Source: a virus. Taken from it: a stretch of DNA of 64,000 nucleotides. The stretch covers positions 1 through 64,000 of the IMG/VR virus record IMGVR_UViG_3300045450_000145, one strand, 5' to 3'. How positions within the stretch are numbered: the stretch's first letter is position 1; the number at the start of each line of letters is the position of its first letter. Positions 24,609 to 33,686 of this stretch are shown in pieces. The position numbers and the translations under genes were made by a program. The notes beneath the pieces are model-generated. The model ran no database searches, was not told the DNA's origin, and saw only the letters and a list, made by a program, of their open reading frames with translations.

Positions 24609-25301
24609 TTGAAAATGTCTGTGCAAGAAAAGGTATTTGAACTACTTGCCAAAATCGTTAAGGTCATTTCATTAAAGAACATTTTGATCTGGTCCTTAAC
24701 GGCTTTGACAGCAATTGTAGGTTATACAATATTCGAGAATAGAGTTGCCATTACAAATTACGTTGTAAATGGTCCTGAAAATGAGGCGCCTCAAATATCT
24801 ACATTTACGGTTAGTGATACCTCCAAGTCGCGGATTAAACAACTTGTAGACACAGATGATCAGATCAACGGGGTCATCATTTTAAACGCAGACATCAGAA
24901 ATAACAGACGAGTACCAATTGAGTGGTACTCAGACGATAGTAGCATTCAAAAACAGATTGACACTTTATTTGGTGGTAAGTATGGAGGCATTCCATTATT
25001 CACATCAGATGAAAAGAACAATGAGAATATTGTAGGTGTTATTAATGGTGAATTTGCATGTAGCTCATTTGACGAGGGTGGCAATGGCTCTATTTTCCCA
25101 GGCTTAAGCTCCCGCATGCCATTTATTTGCCGCACGTCTTTGCCCCCATATTATGGGCAATTTAGCGGCTACATTTTGGTGACATTGAATCGAGTACCGA
25201 CAGCTTCTGAATTGGATAAGATAAAATCTGAAACGTTAAATATTTCAACCGAAATTTACTTTAGAGACGTCTTACCTAACAGTCGCAAACTATCATCATA
25301 A
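24609..25301 (+). CDS. single-TM protein with periplasmic domain, holin-T-like
   Basis: TM; ICRTSLPPYYGQFSGY; evident paralogue of ORF 23754. Confidence 0.45.
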   Translation: MKMSVQEKVFELLAKIVKVISLKNILIWSLTALTAIVGYTIFENRVAITNYVVNGPENEAPQISTFTVSDTSKSRIKQLVDTDDQINGVIILNADIRNNRRVPIEWYSDDSSIQKQIDTLFGGKYGGIPLFTSDEKNNENIVGVINGEFACSSFDEGGNGSIFPGLSSRMPFICRTSLPPYYGQFSGYILVTLNRVPTASELDKIKSETLNISTEIYFRDVLPNSRKLSS

Positions 25302-25389
25302 TCAACCCGCATTTAATAGCATTAGTTGCTAAATAGTGGTGCGTGTGCATATAAATATTTCATGTTAACATTTTTTGAGGAGAGAAGAT

Positions 25390-25806
25390 ATGTTTGAAAA
25401 TCTAAAGAGATGGTGGGCTGAAATGCAAATTAAGCTTAGCGCTAAAACTGAAGAAGTTAAAGTCAAGGCAGAAGAAGCCAAGGAAAACATCGAGTACAAG
25501 TACGATGCATATCAAGCAGAAGAAAAAGCTGATAATCGTCTAGAAGAAGCGCAGAAGAGAGTTGAAATTGCAGAGGACAATGCACGTGTACAGGCTACTC
25601 TTGATACTCCAACTTCTACAAGCGCGGATGTCCCAATGACAACCTACCTAAATGACCGTGTTGAACCTGGTTATACTGCTGAAAACTTTACATCTCCTGT
25701 TACCCCTTCCATCGTCGAGGCGAAGGAAGAGCTAGCTAAGGCGGAAGTAGCGCACACAGCTGCAAAGCAGAAAAAGAAGCGCGCAAAGCAAAAGAAGATT
25801 CTATGA
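25390..25806 (+). CDS. hypothetical coiled-coil protein
   Basis: TATAAATA at 25350-25357, SD gagga. Confidence 0.65.
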   Translation: MFENLKRWWAEMQIKLSAKTEEVKVKAEEAKENIEYKYDAYQAEEKADNRLEEAQKRVEIAEDNARVQATLDTPTSTSADVPMTTYLNDRVEPGYTAENFTSPVTPSIVEAKEELAKAEVAHTAAKQKKKRAKQKKIL

Positions 25807-26165
25807 CCTATGCACTGTGGTTTTGGCTAATTGTCGTTACACTGATCGCTATTGTGATCATTATTGGTGCACTGCGCAAGAAGCCTGGCTACAGACGTAA
25901 GAAGGCTGATCCTTCATATTGCGGCCCAGAAAGACGGACTAGTCCTAAAAATATAAAGTGATGCTCAATATGAGTGTTACAATGGTGTTATAACTTCTGG
26001 ACCTTACATGCAATTCCCTTCAATCTCATTTATTACTGGCCTTTCACTCGGATTTGAATTCGTAAATGAAATGCCAGAAGAAAATATCCCAGCGTCAATC
26101 CTTATTGACCTCTTTGTTCTTCGGTTTATCTTTGCTGTCTAGGAATTAGATACGCGCACATGAGC

Positions 26166-26192
26166 ACAAAAGGGGTCCTAGGACCCCTTTGC
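26166..26192. terminator. palindromic intrinsic terminator
   Basis: aaaaggggtcctaggacccctttg. Confidence 0.7.
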
Positions 26193-26228
26193 TGTTTACT
26201 TTCTATTTAACCTAACTTATAATACATC

Positions 26229-26708
26229 ATGCACGACAAAGATGAAACACAATATGAAAAGAGAGCACGAGCCGGTTTAATCCCATACATCAAGACCCCT
26301 GATGGCTACCAATACCTGATGATGATTAGTTCTGATCCAAAGTTTGGTGGTCCTAAGCCGATGATATCAAAGGGAAAAATTGAACCGGGCGAGACACCGG
26401 CCCAAGCCGCACTTCGAGAAGCCGAGGAAGAGCTCGGCTTAAAAGCATTTAACATTAAAGATGAGTCGTTTGACTTTTTAGTTGGCGAGCGAGTTATCTT
26501 ATACTCGGGTACTTATGACCTTAGTCTGTACTCGTGTGAAATTCTGGATCGACATGACTTTGACAAGTGGTGTGATGAAACGGAATATACAGAGTGGTTT
26601 TCATTGATGGACTTTCAGCAGCGGGGACGTCGAGACCACATCAAATATGTAGAGCGATTGGAGAACAAGTTACGATCGTATAAATTGGCTAGCACAAATA
26701 TGGAGTAA
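26229..26708 (+). CDS. NUDIX hydrolase
   Basis: Nudix box GKIEPGETPAQAALREAEEELG. Confidence 0.92.
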   Translation: MHDKDETQYEKRARAGLIPYIKTPDGYQYLMMISSDPKFGGPKPMISKGKIEPGETPAQAALREAEEELGLKAFNIKDESFDFLVGERVILYSGTYDLSLYSCEILDRHDFDKWCDETEYTEWFSLMDFQQRGRRDHIKYVERLENKLRSYKLASTNME

Positions 26709-26710
26709 AA

Positions 26711-27289
26711 ATGAAAATTCTAGCATTAGATTCACAAGGTCAACCGAACGAATGGCTTTCCAAGCAGGAAGCGATTATTCAGCATGCAAAGGGCAACGTC
26801 ATCTGGCAACTAGGAAACGAAGATGATGAAACTTTATTCCGTGGCGGTATCAACCGAATCACAGGACTGCAGTCTTCAATTGTGACCGCGCCAATCATTG
26901 CTATCCGTGGCGTTGCAGCCCGCTCATCTAAGCTGGCAGGTCGTGCTCCATCACTAACCAATGCGGAACTCTTCCGTCGTGACTTGAATATTTGTGCTTA
27001 CTGCGGTAAGACCTTTCACGCGCTGCGTCTTACCCGCGATCACATCATCCCTCAGTCACGAGGCGGTGTTGACAAGTGGACTAACGTTGTAACTGCATGT
27101 GAAAGCTGCAATCACATGAAGGATGACAAGTTGCTGAGTGAGTGTGGTATGCAACTACTTTATGTGCCATACGTTCCAAACTGGTCAGAAGGCCTGATTT
27201 TGGAAAACCGGAACGTCCTTGCTTGCCAGATGGCATATTTGAAGTCTTTCTTGCCGGAGCACTCTCGAGTGTTGCAGGCAATTCATTAA
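26711..27289 (+). CDS. HNH endonuclease (McrA-like)
   Basis: RRD..CAYCG..TRDHIIPQSRGG..WTNVVTACESCN..K. Confidence 0.92.
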   Translation: MKILALDSQGQPNEWLSKQEAIIQHAKGNVIWQLGNEDDETLFRGGINRITGLQSSIVTAPIIAIRGVAARSSKLAGRAPSLTNAELFRRDLNICAYCGKTFHALRLTRDHIIPQSRGGVDKWTNVVTACESCNHMKDDKLLSECGMQLLYVPYVPNWSEGLILENRNVLACQMAYLKSFLPEHSRVLQAIH

Positions 27290-27339
27290 AAACGCAGGAT
27301 GAATTATATGATTTTTAGTGTATAATTCATTCTTACGTT

Positions 27340-27624
27340 GCAGATATAAAACATCAGCCGCAGTAATTGATTACCTTAATCGTACTTCCCCCAGGGATAT
27401 GCAAGAGAACTTGCTATACGTGACAATACAAATAGTTACTATGCTTGATGATGAATTCATCAATAGGTGCTTATGCCGAAGTATAAGACGTTATCGAGAT
27501 CGTATGCTCTTTCACGCCGCTCAAAGCTTGAAAATTTGGGATAGACTAGGGATGAAAGTCCTATCGCGAAAGCGTAAAACTAGTTGAAATAATTCAATTG
27601 CACCTTTTGCTGATGTTTATTTGC
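27340..27624 (+). ncRNA. candidate structured RNA upstream of Ro60 (Y-RNA-like or regulatory leader)
   Basis: Ends pair (gcagat..aaacatcagc / gctgatgttt.atttgc); inner stem aggtgc/gcacct; several hairpins; -10 box tataat at 27321-27326. Confidence 0.6.
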
Positions 27625-27653
27625 TGTTAAGTCAGCCGTTTTAAGGAGAAAAC

Positions 27654-29273
27654 ATGGGTTCCAATATCTACACATCTTTCGCTGCAGAAAATTCTGTCAA
27701 GCCAACTAAGCAATCTACCCCACAAACTCAAGCTATTCCAGGCCGTGAAGCCGAAATGGCGCGTAATAACGCCGGAGGTTTTTCCTTCACTCTTGGTGAT
27801 TGGGGTGTCCTAGACCGCTTCCTGATGATCGGCTCTGAAAGCGCAGGCTACTATGTCGGTGCCAAGGAAACTACCAAGCTAAGCTTCGACACACTTAAGA
27901 AGTGCATCGCAGAAGATGGTGTTCGCGTCGTCAACCGCATTGTCGAGTACTCTGTTGCAGGTCGTGCGCCAAAGAATGACCCAGCTGTTGTTGCTCTTGC
28001 AGTAACAGCAGTTTATGGCAATCAAGAAACAGTTCAAGCCGCATATGGTGCTCTGTCACAAGTAGCTCGCACTGGTACCCATCTGTTCCTATTTGTTTCA
28101 ATCCTCAATGACCTTGGTAAGTGGAATGCAGCTGCAAAGCGCGGTGTTTCCGCATGGTATAACGGTAAGCGAGATGACAAGCTAGCAGTTCAGCTGCTAA
28201 AGTACCAAAGCCGTAATGGTTGGTCTCACCGTGACGTTCTTCGCCTGGCGCACGTCAAGGCTGGAACTCCAGCTCAGAATGCGCTCTTCCGCCTGGCGGT
28301 TAAGGGTGAACTGACTGATGAAGCCGGTGTAATTCTACCGCGTCTCGTTGAAGACTTCCTAACCTTGAAGGGTAATACCGACAAGCGTAAGGTCCTGTCT
28401 ATCATTGAGCAGAATGACCAGGTTTCTTGGGAAATGATTCCAACCGAGTTCATGAAGGACAAGGACATCTTGTTCGCGCTTGTGAAGAACATGGGTATGA
28501 CCGCGCTTATTCGTAAGCTTGGTTCTCTGTCTGCACACGGTGTAATTGATCCCCTGTCTGAAGGTGCAAAGCTAGTTAATAGCAAGCTTGCGGACACTGA
28601 AGCGCTAGTTCGTGGTCGTGTTCACCCAGTTACTATTTTGCAGGCAATGAAGCAATATGCTCAAGGTCGCGGTGAAAAGGGTTCTCTGGTTTGGACTCCA
28701 AATCAATTTATTGTTTCCACTCTAGATGATGCATTCTATGCGTCATTCGGTACCATTGAAAAGACCAACGAGTCTTACCTACTTGGTGTTGACATCTCTG
28801 GTTCCATGACTGGTGCGATGGTAAATGGTTCGCCTAACCTTCGCGCGTGTGATGTTGCAGCCGTCATGGCAATGGCAATTGCGCGCAACCAGCCAAATAG
28901 CCACATTGTTGGTTTCAACCAAAAAATCAAGGAGCTCAAGATCAACTCTAAGATGCGCCTTGACCAGGCGCTAGGTGAAATGCGTAACTGGGATGGTGGT
29001 GGCACCGACTGTGCGAAGCTCTTTGAGTATGCTAAGCAAAAGGGTATGCACGTCGACAAGTTTGTGTCTATTACTGACAATGAAACTTGGGCTGGTAACC
29101 AAGCTCCTGTACAGGCACTGAAGAAGTATCGTGCAGCAAAGAACCAAAATGCTAAGTCTGTTGTGATTGGTACCTCGGTATCCAACTTCACAATTGCCGA
29201 TCCTAAGGATGCAGGTATGCTAGACATTGCTGGCTTCGACTCAGCAGCACCGCAAATCATTGCAATGCTATGA
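27654..29273 (+). CDS. rsr: Ro60/TROVE-domain RNA-binding protein
   Basis: NNAGGF..LDRFLMIGSE, YQSRNGWSHRDVLRLAH, vWA MIDAS DISGSM, TDNET, GFDS. Confidence 0.93.
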   Translation: MGSNIYTSFAAENSVKPTKQSTPQTQAIPGREAEMARNNAGGFSFTLGDWGVLDRFLMIGSESAGYYVGAKETTKLSFDTLKKCIAEDGVRVVNRIVEYSVAGRAPKNDPAVVALAVTAVYGNQETVQAAYGALSQVARTGTHLFLFVSILNDLGKWNAAAKRGVSAWYNGKRDDKLAVQLLKYQSRNGWSHRDVLRLAHVKAGTPAQNALFRLAVKGELTDEAGVILPRLVEDFLTLKGNTDKRKVLSIIEQNDQVSWEMIPTEFMKDKDILFALVKNMGMTALIRKLGSLSAHGVIDPLSEGAKLVNSKLADTEALVRGRVHPVTILQAMKQYAQGRGEKGSLVWTPNQFIVSTLDDAFYASFGTIEKTNESYLLGVDISGSMTGAMVNGSPNLRACDVAAVMAMAIARNQPNSHIVGFNQKIKELKINSKMRLDQALGEMRNWDGGGTDCAKLFEYAKQKGMHVDKFVSITDNETWAGNQAPVQALKKYRAAKNQNAKSVVIGTSVSNFTIADPKDAGMLDIAGFDSAAPQIIAML

Positions 29274-29278
29274 AAAAA

Positions 29279-29304
29279 TAAAGGGACCCAAATGGGTCCC
29301 TTTT
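29279..29304. terminator. intrinsic terminator
   Basis: aaagggaccc-aaat-gggtcccttttt. Confidence 0.8.
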
Positions 29305-29334
29305 TAATTTATAATTGTAATTTTAGGAATTAAC

Positions 29335-29529
29335 ATGATCACACTCTTTATTGCCACTTTGGTAATTTCGGTGCTTATTGGCGCACTTGGAATTTGGTTT
29401 GCATTTGAAAAGACTGACTCTTCAGAGGGCGCTTTTGGCGTATGTGTATTGGTTTTATGTTTTGGCGTCGCCATGATCTTTATGTTGAACGACATGCTGC
29501 AACACATTATTAAGCTGACAATTGTATGA
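29335..29529 (+). CDS. small two-TM membrane protein
   Basis: Two hydrophobic segments. Confidence 0.55.
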   Translation: MITLFIATLVISVLIGALGIWFAFEKTDSSEGAFGVCVLVLCFGVAMIFMLNDMLQHIIKLTIV

Positions 29530-29686
29530 ATGAAGAAAAACTTAAGCTCTTTATTAATGGCGAGATTGATGGCACCGAGCTAACAGATGAAGAAGTACAT
29601 TACTTGGAAGAACAAGTAAAACAGGTGGTTGCAGAAATGGCTAAAAATGGCTATGCGCCTGGTTCAAAAACCATCCAATAAAACTG

Positions 29687-29716
29687 TTGTACTTTGGATA
29701 GGTGTAGTGATATAAT
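29687..29716 (+). promoter_or_regulatory. early promoter KTGTAC-N18-TATAAT
   Basis: ttgtac 29687-29692, tataat 29711-29716. Confidence 0.75.
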
Positions 29717-29722
29717 TTTCAT

Positions 29723-30100
29723 ATGACTAATACACCTATCCCACTTCAGCTCTTTACAACGCTCAATTTTGAGCACTCGTATATCTATTACGAGGGTCGA
29801 GATTTTCTAATTAAGCTAACCTCAGATGCTGGGCTTACCTACATCGGCATTCTCGATCGAGATGATGAAAAGTTATTTTATACACTTATCGAGATTGATC
29901 AAGCTAAGGCAAATGCCTACGAAGAAGGTAAAGTTTCCCTCCGCACCCTAATGGATGAAAACACCCTCTTTGCGGCAGAAGGTGCTAGCGTTCACGACAT
30001 TCAATTTATCGAGCAGATTAAGCTGGAAGACATTCCTGAAAATGAGCGTCCTACCTACGATGCATACTTTGACGAAGAATTTATGGTAAAACCCTACTAA
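29723..30100 (+). CDS. hypothetical protein
   Basis: 125 aa; start about at the transcription start, probably leaderless. Confidence 0.65.
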   Translation: MTNTPIPLQLFTTLNFEHSYIYYEGRDFLIKLTSDAGLTYIGILDRDDEKLFYTLIEIDQAKANAYEEGKVSLRTLMDENTLFAAEGASVHDIQFIEQIKLEDIPENERPTYDAYFDEEFMVKPY

Positions 30101-30106
30101 GATTCA

Positions 30107-30136
30107 GTGTACTAATCTTAGTAGAGTGGTTATAAT
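30107..30136 (+). promoter_or_regulatory. early promoter KTGTAC-N18-TATAAT
   Basis: gtgtac 30107-30112, tataat 30131-30136. Confidence 0.75.
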
Positions 30137-30169
30137 TCATCTATCGCAGCAAATCTTCAAGGATTACAT

Positions 30170-30421
30170 ATGAACATCGATTACACTCTCATTGGTCGTT
30201 TTCCTAACATTGCTTCTACCATTAAGGAAGAGCCGCGGGCCCTTGAGCTGGCTGTAGAAGCCATTCACGACGAGCTCACCTACACTGAACTCCACGGCAT
30301 GGTCGATCTGTTCATTTTTGAGTATGCTGCCCATTACTATGGCATCGACACCAACTCGCTGTGCACCTACGAAGTGCTTGAGCTGATTAAGGCCGCAGAG
30401 CAAGAATTGGCGGTTCGTTAA
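30170..30421 (+). CDS. hypothetical protein (paralogue of next ORF)
   Basis: MNIDYTLIGRFP..HYYG. Confidence 0.6.
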   Translation: MNIDYTLIGRFPNIASTIKEEPRALELAVEAIHDELTYTELHGMVDLFIFEYAAHYYGIDTNSLCTYEVLELIKAAEQELAVR

Positions 30422-30688
30422 ATGAAAATCGATCCTAAGCTAATTGGGACGATCCCGGAAGTCGAGTGCCTGCGGGATGAGTTAGATATTATCGTCTTGC
30501 GATACGAGACCGAAGTTGCGCGCCGCCGGAGCAACATCCCATTTATTGAAGGCAGCGAGATTCGGCCCGACATTATCGCAGACGCAATCATCATTGAGAT
30601 GTGTGCCACTCACTTCTACGGTTTTGTGGTAGAAGAATTTAACACCATGACAGATTTAATTGCTGCCATGTATAATTTGGAGACATGA
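30422..30688 (+). CDS. hypothetical protein (paralogue of previous ORF)
   Basis: MKIDPKLIGTIP..HFYG. Confidence 0.6.
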   Translation: MKIDPKLIGTIPEVECLRDELDIIVLRYETEVARRRSNIPFIEGSEIRPDIIADAIIIEMCATHFYGFVVEEFNTMTDLIAAMYNLET

Positions 30689-31530
30689 TGGGACGGATTG
30701 ATAATGACGCGCTCGGAGATAGGATGAAGCAATATGAGGCGGTAAGTACGTCTCGCAAAGCTTTCAAGGGGCAGCCTCTTATTGCTCGGCTTGATGGCAA
30801 AAATTTTAGTACCTTTACTGGTGGTTTAACTAAGCCTTACCATGAAGGCCTAATTAAGCTAATGCAACATCTTACGCGCTATCTAGTCGAAGAATATCAA
30901 GCCACAATTGGATACACTCAAAGCGACGAAATTACACTCGTCTTTTTGTCTAAAACTAACGACGCTGGCGAGCTTCTGTTTGATGGGCGCTTTCAAAAGT
31001 TGGATTCTCTATTGGCCGCAGATGCATCAGTTGAATTTAATTCCCTCATTGAACGCTATCTACCAGAACGAAATCCCCAGCTTGGGTATACTGGCAAGAA
31101 GCCAAAGTTTGACTGTCGCACCTACATTGTGCCGACTGTAATGGAGGCATACAACACGGTGCTATGGCGTCAGTTGGATGCAACTAAAAATGCGATCTCG
31201 ATGGCTGCTCAAAGCTGCTTTAGTTACAAAGAACTGCATGGTAAAAACGGCGGTGAGATGAAGAAAATGCTGCTCTCGAAGCATGGCATTGACTTCGATT
31301 TAGACTATCCATTTCATTTTAAGCGAGGCAGTTTCTTTAGTAGACAAAAAATGTCAATGCCTCTGTCTGAAGAGCAGCTTGCTAAGATGCCAGCTCACCT
31401 CCGTGCAACTCAAGAGAATGCAGAGTTTGTGCGTAGCTATACTAGATGTAGCGACATCGATCTGCTAACTCAAGAAAATCCCATTGTTGCCCTTTTTGGC
31501 GATAAGGTTATTAAACCGATCGGTGAGTAA
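30685..31530 (+). CDS. thg1: tRNA-His guanylyltransferase Thg1-like protein
   Basis: LGDRMKQYE, ARLDGKNFSTFT, YTQSDEITL, FDCR, WRQLDATKNAISM. Confidence 0.92.
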   Translation: MMGRIDNDALGDRMKQYEAVSTSRKAFKGQPLIARLDGKNFSTFTGGLTKPYHEGLIKLMQHLTRYLVEEYQATIGYTQSDEITLVFLSKTNDAGELLFDGRFQKLDSLLAADASVEFNSLIERYLPERNPQLGYTGKKPKFDCRTYIVPTVMEAYNTVLWRQLDATKNAISMAAQSCFSYKELHGKNGGEMKKMLLSKHGIDFDLDYPFHFKRGSFFSRQKMSMPLSEEQLAKMPAHLRATQENAEFVRSYTRCSDIDLLTQENPIVALFGDKVIKPIGE

Positions 31531-31544
31531 GATATAATATCATC

Positions 31545-32201
31545 ATGACTAATAACCTTACAAGAGCCGACAAGCTAATGCTTGCAGCCCGATTCTGGCT
31601 CATCGGGATGGCAGAGAATGACGAACAATATTACCAAGTTCTCAAGGCCCTGGAGATTGCGTCAAAGCACCACAATGGAAAACGAAATGGTGGTGACCCG
31701 GAGATTATTCACCAGCTCGGCATCTTCCATCGTCTTCGAACACTTCATCGTCACATTAAGAACCCAGTTACGGTTTATTGTCTAGTGTTTCTGCATGACT
31801 CACTAGAAGACCCTAACCAGGAAACTAAAGAATACATTTCACCTCAACTTATCGAGGAAGAGTTTGGACTTGAGTTCCTAATTAAGTTGAAAAAGATGAG
31901 CAAGGAAATCATGGGAGTCAAGAACCCAGATTACTCTCTGCAAACTATATTTGAAGATGAAGACACTGGCGTCGCCAAGCTTGGCGACCGAGATGACAAC
32001 GTTTCTAGCATGTATGGCGTCTTCAAGCCCGAGCGACTTGCACGATATGTTAAAGAAACTGAAGAACAGTTCTTGCCCCTCATCAAGGTCCACCGCCGCA
32101 AGTTCCCTTATCAGGAAGCAGTGATGGAGAATTTAAAGCTATCGCTAGTGAATCAACTGCGTCTCATTAAGAGCAAGAGAGAAGAACATGACCCAACCTA
32201 A
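31545..32201 (+). CDS. HD-domain hydrolase, RelA/SpoT-hydrolase (SAH)-like
   Basis: H.G.RNGGDPEIIH, LHDSLED, KLGDRDDN. Confidence 0.75.
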   Translation: MTNNLTRADKLMLAARFWLIGMAENDEQYYQVLKALEIASKHHNGKRNGGDPEIIHQLGIFHRLRTLHRHIKNPVTVYCLVFLHDSLEDPNQETKEYISPQLIEEEFGLEFLIKLKKMSKEIMGVKNPDYSLQTIFEDEDTGVAKLGDRDDNVSSMYGVFKPERLARYVKETEEQFLPLIKVHRRKFPYQEAVMENLKLSLVNQLRLIKSKREEHDPT

Positions 32202-32646
32202 TGCTTTAGGTTTTCAAGATAACATTAGTCTTTCAGTTTATGAAAAGCTGCTTTTTCTGGAGTTTGAGGCAAAGAATCACTATTTCGATGCCAAGAAAAC
32301 ACTTGCAAGCATTACTCCTGATAAGGAGGATGAAGGTATTGCATTCTTTGCACAAGATTCAATGGATCGGTGGGAATACACAGCACAAACTTTGCAATTA
32401 ATGAATCTTCGTATTGGCGCATGGCATCTCAATAAGACTATGAATTTCTGCTCACAGTGCGAAAGACCAACTAATATTAAGGATTTTCTTCTGTTTTGCG
32501 AAGGTCAGGTTAAGGCAGCGTATGCTTCTGTTTATGATGCCGAAGATAATGGAGACTATGAAATTAAGTGTCACAACTACATCTTTACTAAGTTCTACGA
32601 GTGGCGAGATTTTTCATTCTTTGCGCAAGGCCTACTAAATGATTAA
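32188..32646 (+). CDS. hypothetical protein
   Basis: 152 aa ORF. Confidence 0.6.
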   Translation: MTQPNALGFQDNISLSVYEKLLFLEFEAKNHYFDAKKTLASITPDKEDEGIAFFAQDSMDRWEYTAQTLQLMNLRIGAWHLNKTMNFCSQCERPTNIKDFLLFCEGQVKAAYASVYDAEDNGDYEIKCHNYIFTKFYEWRDFSFFAQGLLND

Positions 32647-33193
32647 GTTAATTGTCGCCGTAGACCAAACGAATGCCATCGGCAATAGTGATGGTTCATT
32701 ACCATGGAAGTGCAAAACTGACATGGATAATTTTAAGCAGAAAACAAAAAATGGGGTCGTTGTCATGGGTAGAAAGACCTTTGGCACCCTTAAAAGGCCT
32801 GATGGTTTGCCCAATCGTATTAATGTCGTAATTACACGAAATACGCATTTGCCATTTTCAGCTAGCATAGTTCAATGTTATGATATTGACCACTTGCATA
32901 ATGCCATTAATAACGCTTTTAAAGGTAAAGATATTTGGGTAATCGGCGGGGCTGAAATCTACAAGCAATTTCTAGATCGAAAACTAGTAGATGAGATTCA
33001 CCTCAGTATCATTAACGTTGCAACTGACGCATCTGTTAAATTCCCATATAATCTGATTGATCATTCATCCAACCAGGGTTTCTTTAATATGCAGGCAGAA
33101 TTAGGTGTAAAATGGGACATCGCTGATACTTATCAGCCAGATGAAACATGCGCTTTTATAACGATCAAAAAGGTAAATGATGTCAGTATTTAA
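32639..33193 (+). CDS. folA: dihydrofolate reductase
   Basis: IVAVD..AIG..LPW..D..FK..T..VVVMGRKTF..LPNR.N, WVIGGAEIY. Confidence 0.95.
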   Translation: MIKLIVAVDQTNAIGNSDGSLPWKCKTDMDNFKQKTKNGVVVMGRKTFGTLKRPDGLPNRINVVITRNTHLPFSASIVQCYDIDHLHNAINNAFKGKDIWVIGGAEIYKQFLDRKLVDEIHLSIINVATDASVKFPYNLIDHSSNQGFFNMQAELGVKWDIADTYQPDETCAFITIKKVNDVSI

Positions 33194-33668
33194 AAACAAG
33201 GGGTTTGATTCCATTATTGGTAAGGGAATTGAGGTCTATGGCGGCCTCAATATTAGCAAGGGCCAAACTCTAATTATTGATGGCAACTGCTACATGACGC
33301 ATGTCAGGCAGACATCTCTAACTGATGAAGCAGGTAGGTCAGACTTTACGAAGCTGGTGGTAAATGGTATTCTATATCCACAAATTGCTTTAACTTCTGA
33401 TCAAAAGACAGAGCTAAATGTCGAAGTTGATAATGTTACTATTACCGGTACGGTATGTTGCAATCAACTCGTAGTGCCAGGAACTCTCGCCATTAAAAAG
33501 GGTGCAAATGTTTCTGCAAAGGTAATCTATTATCGTAATCTAATTATGGAACCGGGTGCGGCGGTTCACGCAGAGCTTCGTCACATTGACCATTACGTTG
33601 ATCAAGATAAAGTTAACCAGAGTGATAAAGAAGTTGCTGCAGTAAATGCATTAGGTCAGCCAGAATAA
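33177..33668 (+). CDS. bactofilin (polymer-forming cytoskeletal) family protein
   Basis: SIIGKGIEVYG..LIIDG..V.G.V....L.I..GA.V...V.Y..L.MEPGA. Confidence 0.7.
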   Translation: MMSVFKNKGFDSIIGKGIEVYGGLNISKGQTLIIDGNCYMTHVRQTSLTDEAGRSDFTKLVVNGILYPQIALTSDQKTELNVEVDNVTITGTVCCNQLVVPGTLAIKKGANVSAKVIYYRNLIMEPGAAVHAELRHIDHYVDQDKVNQSDKEVAAVNALGQPE

Positions 33669-33686
33669 CCGTGAAAGGTATTTAAA

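Noticed and set aside
27548-27562. GATGAAAGTCC resembles the RNase P conserved GAGGAAAGUCC
   Set aside because: It lies near the 3' end and the complementary P4/CR-V motif is missing; also no hammerhead core or tmRNA ends
27318-27587. 89 aa GTG-start ORF upstream of Ro60
   Set aside because: No SD, the start overlaps the -10 box, no recognisable motif; dense base-pairing fits an RNA element better
28274-29260. Long antisense ORFs over Ro60 (likewise over yeaH, the tail fibres and the helicase)
   Set aside because: Shadow frames of biased sense genes; no SD or motifs
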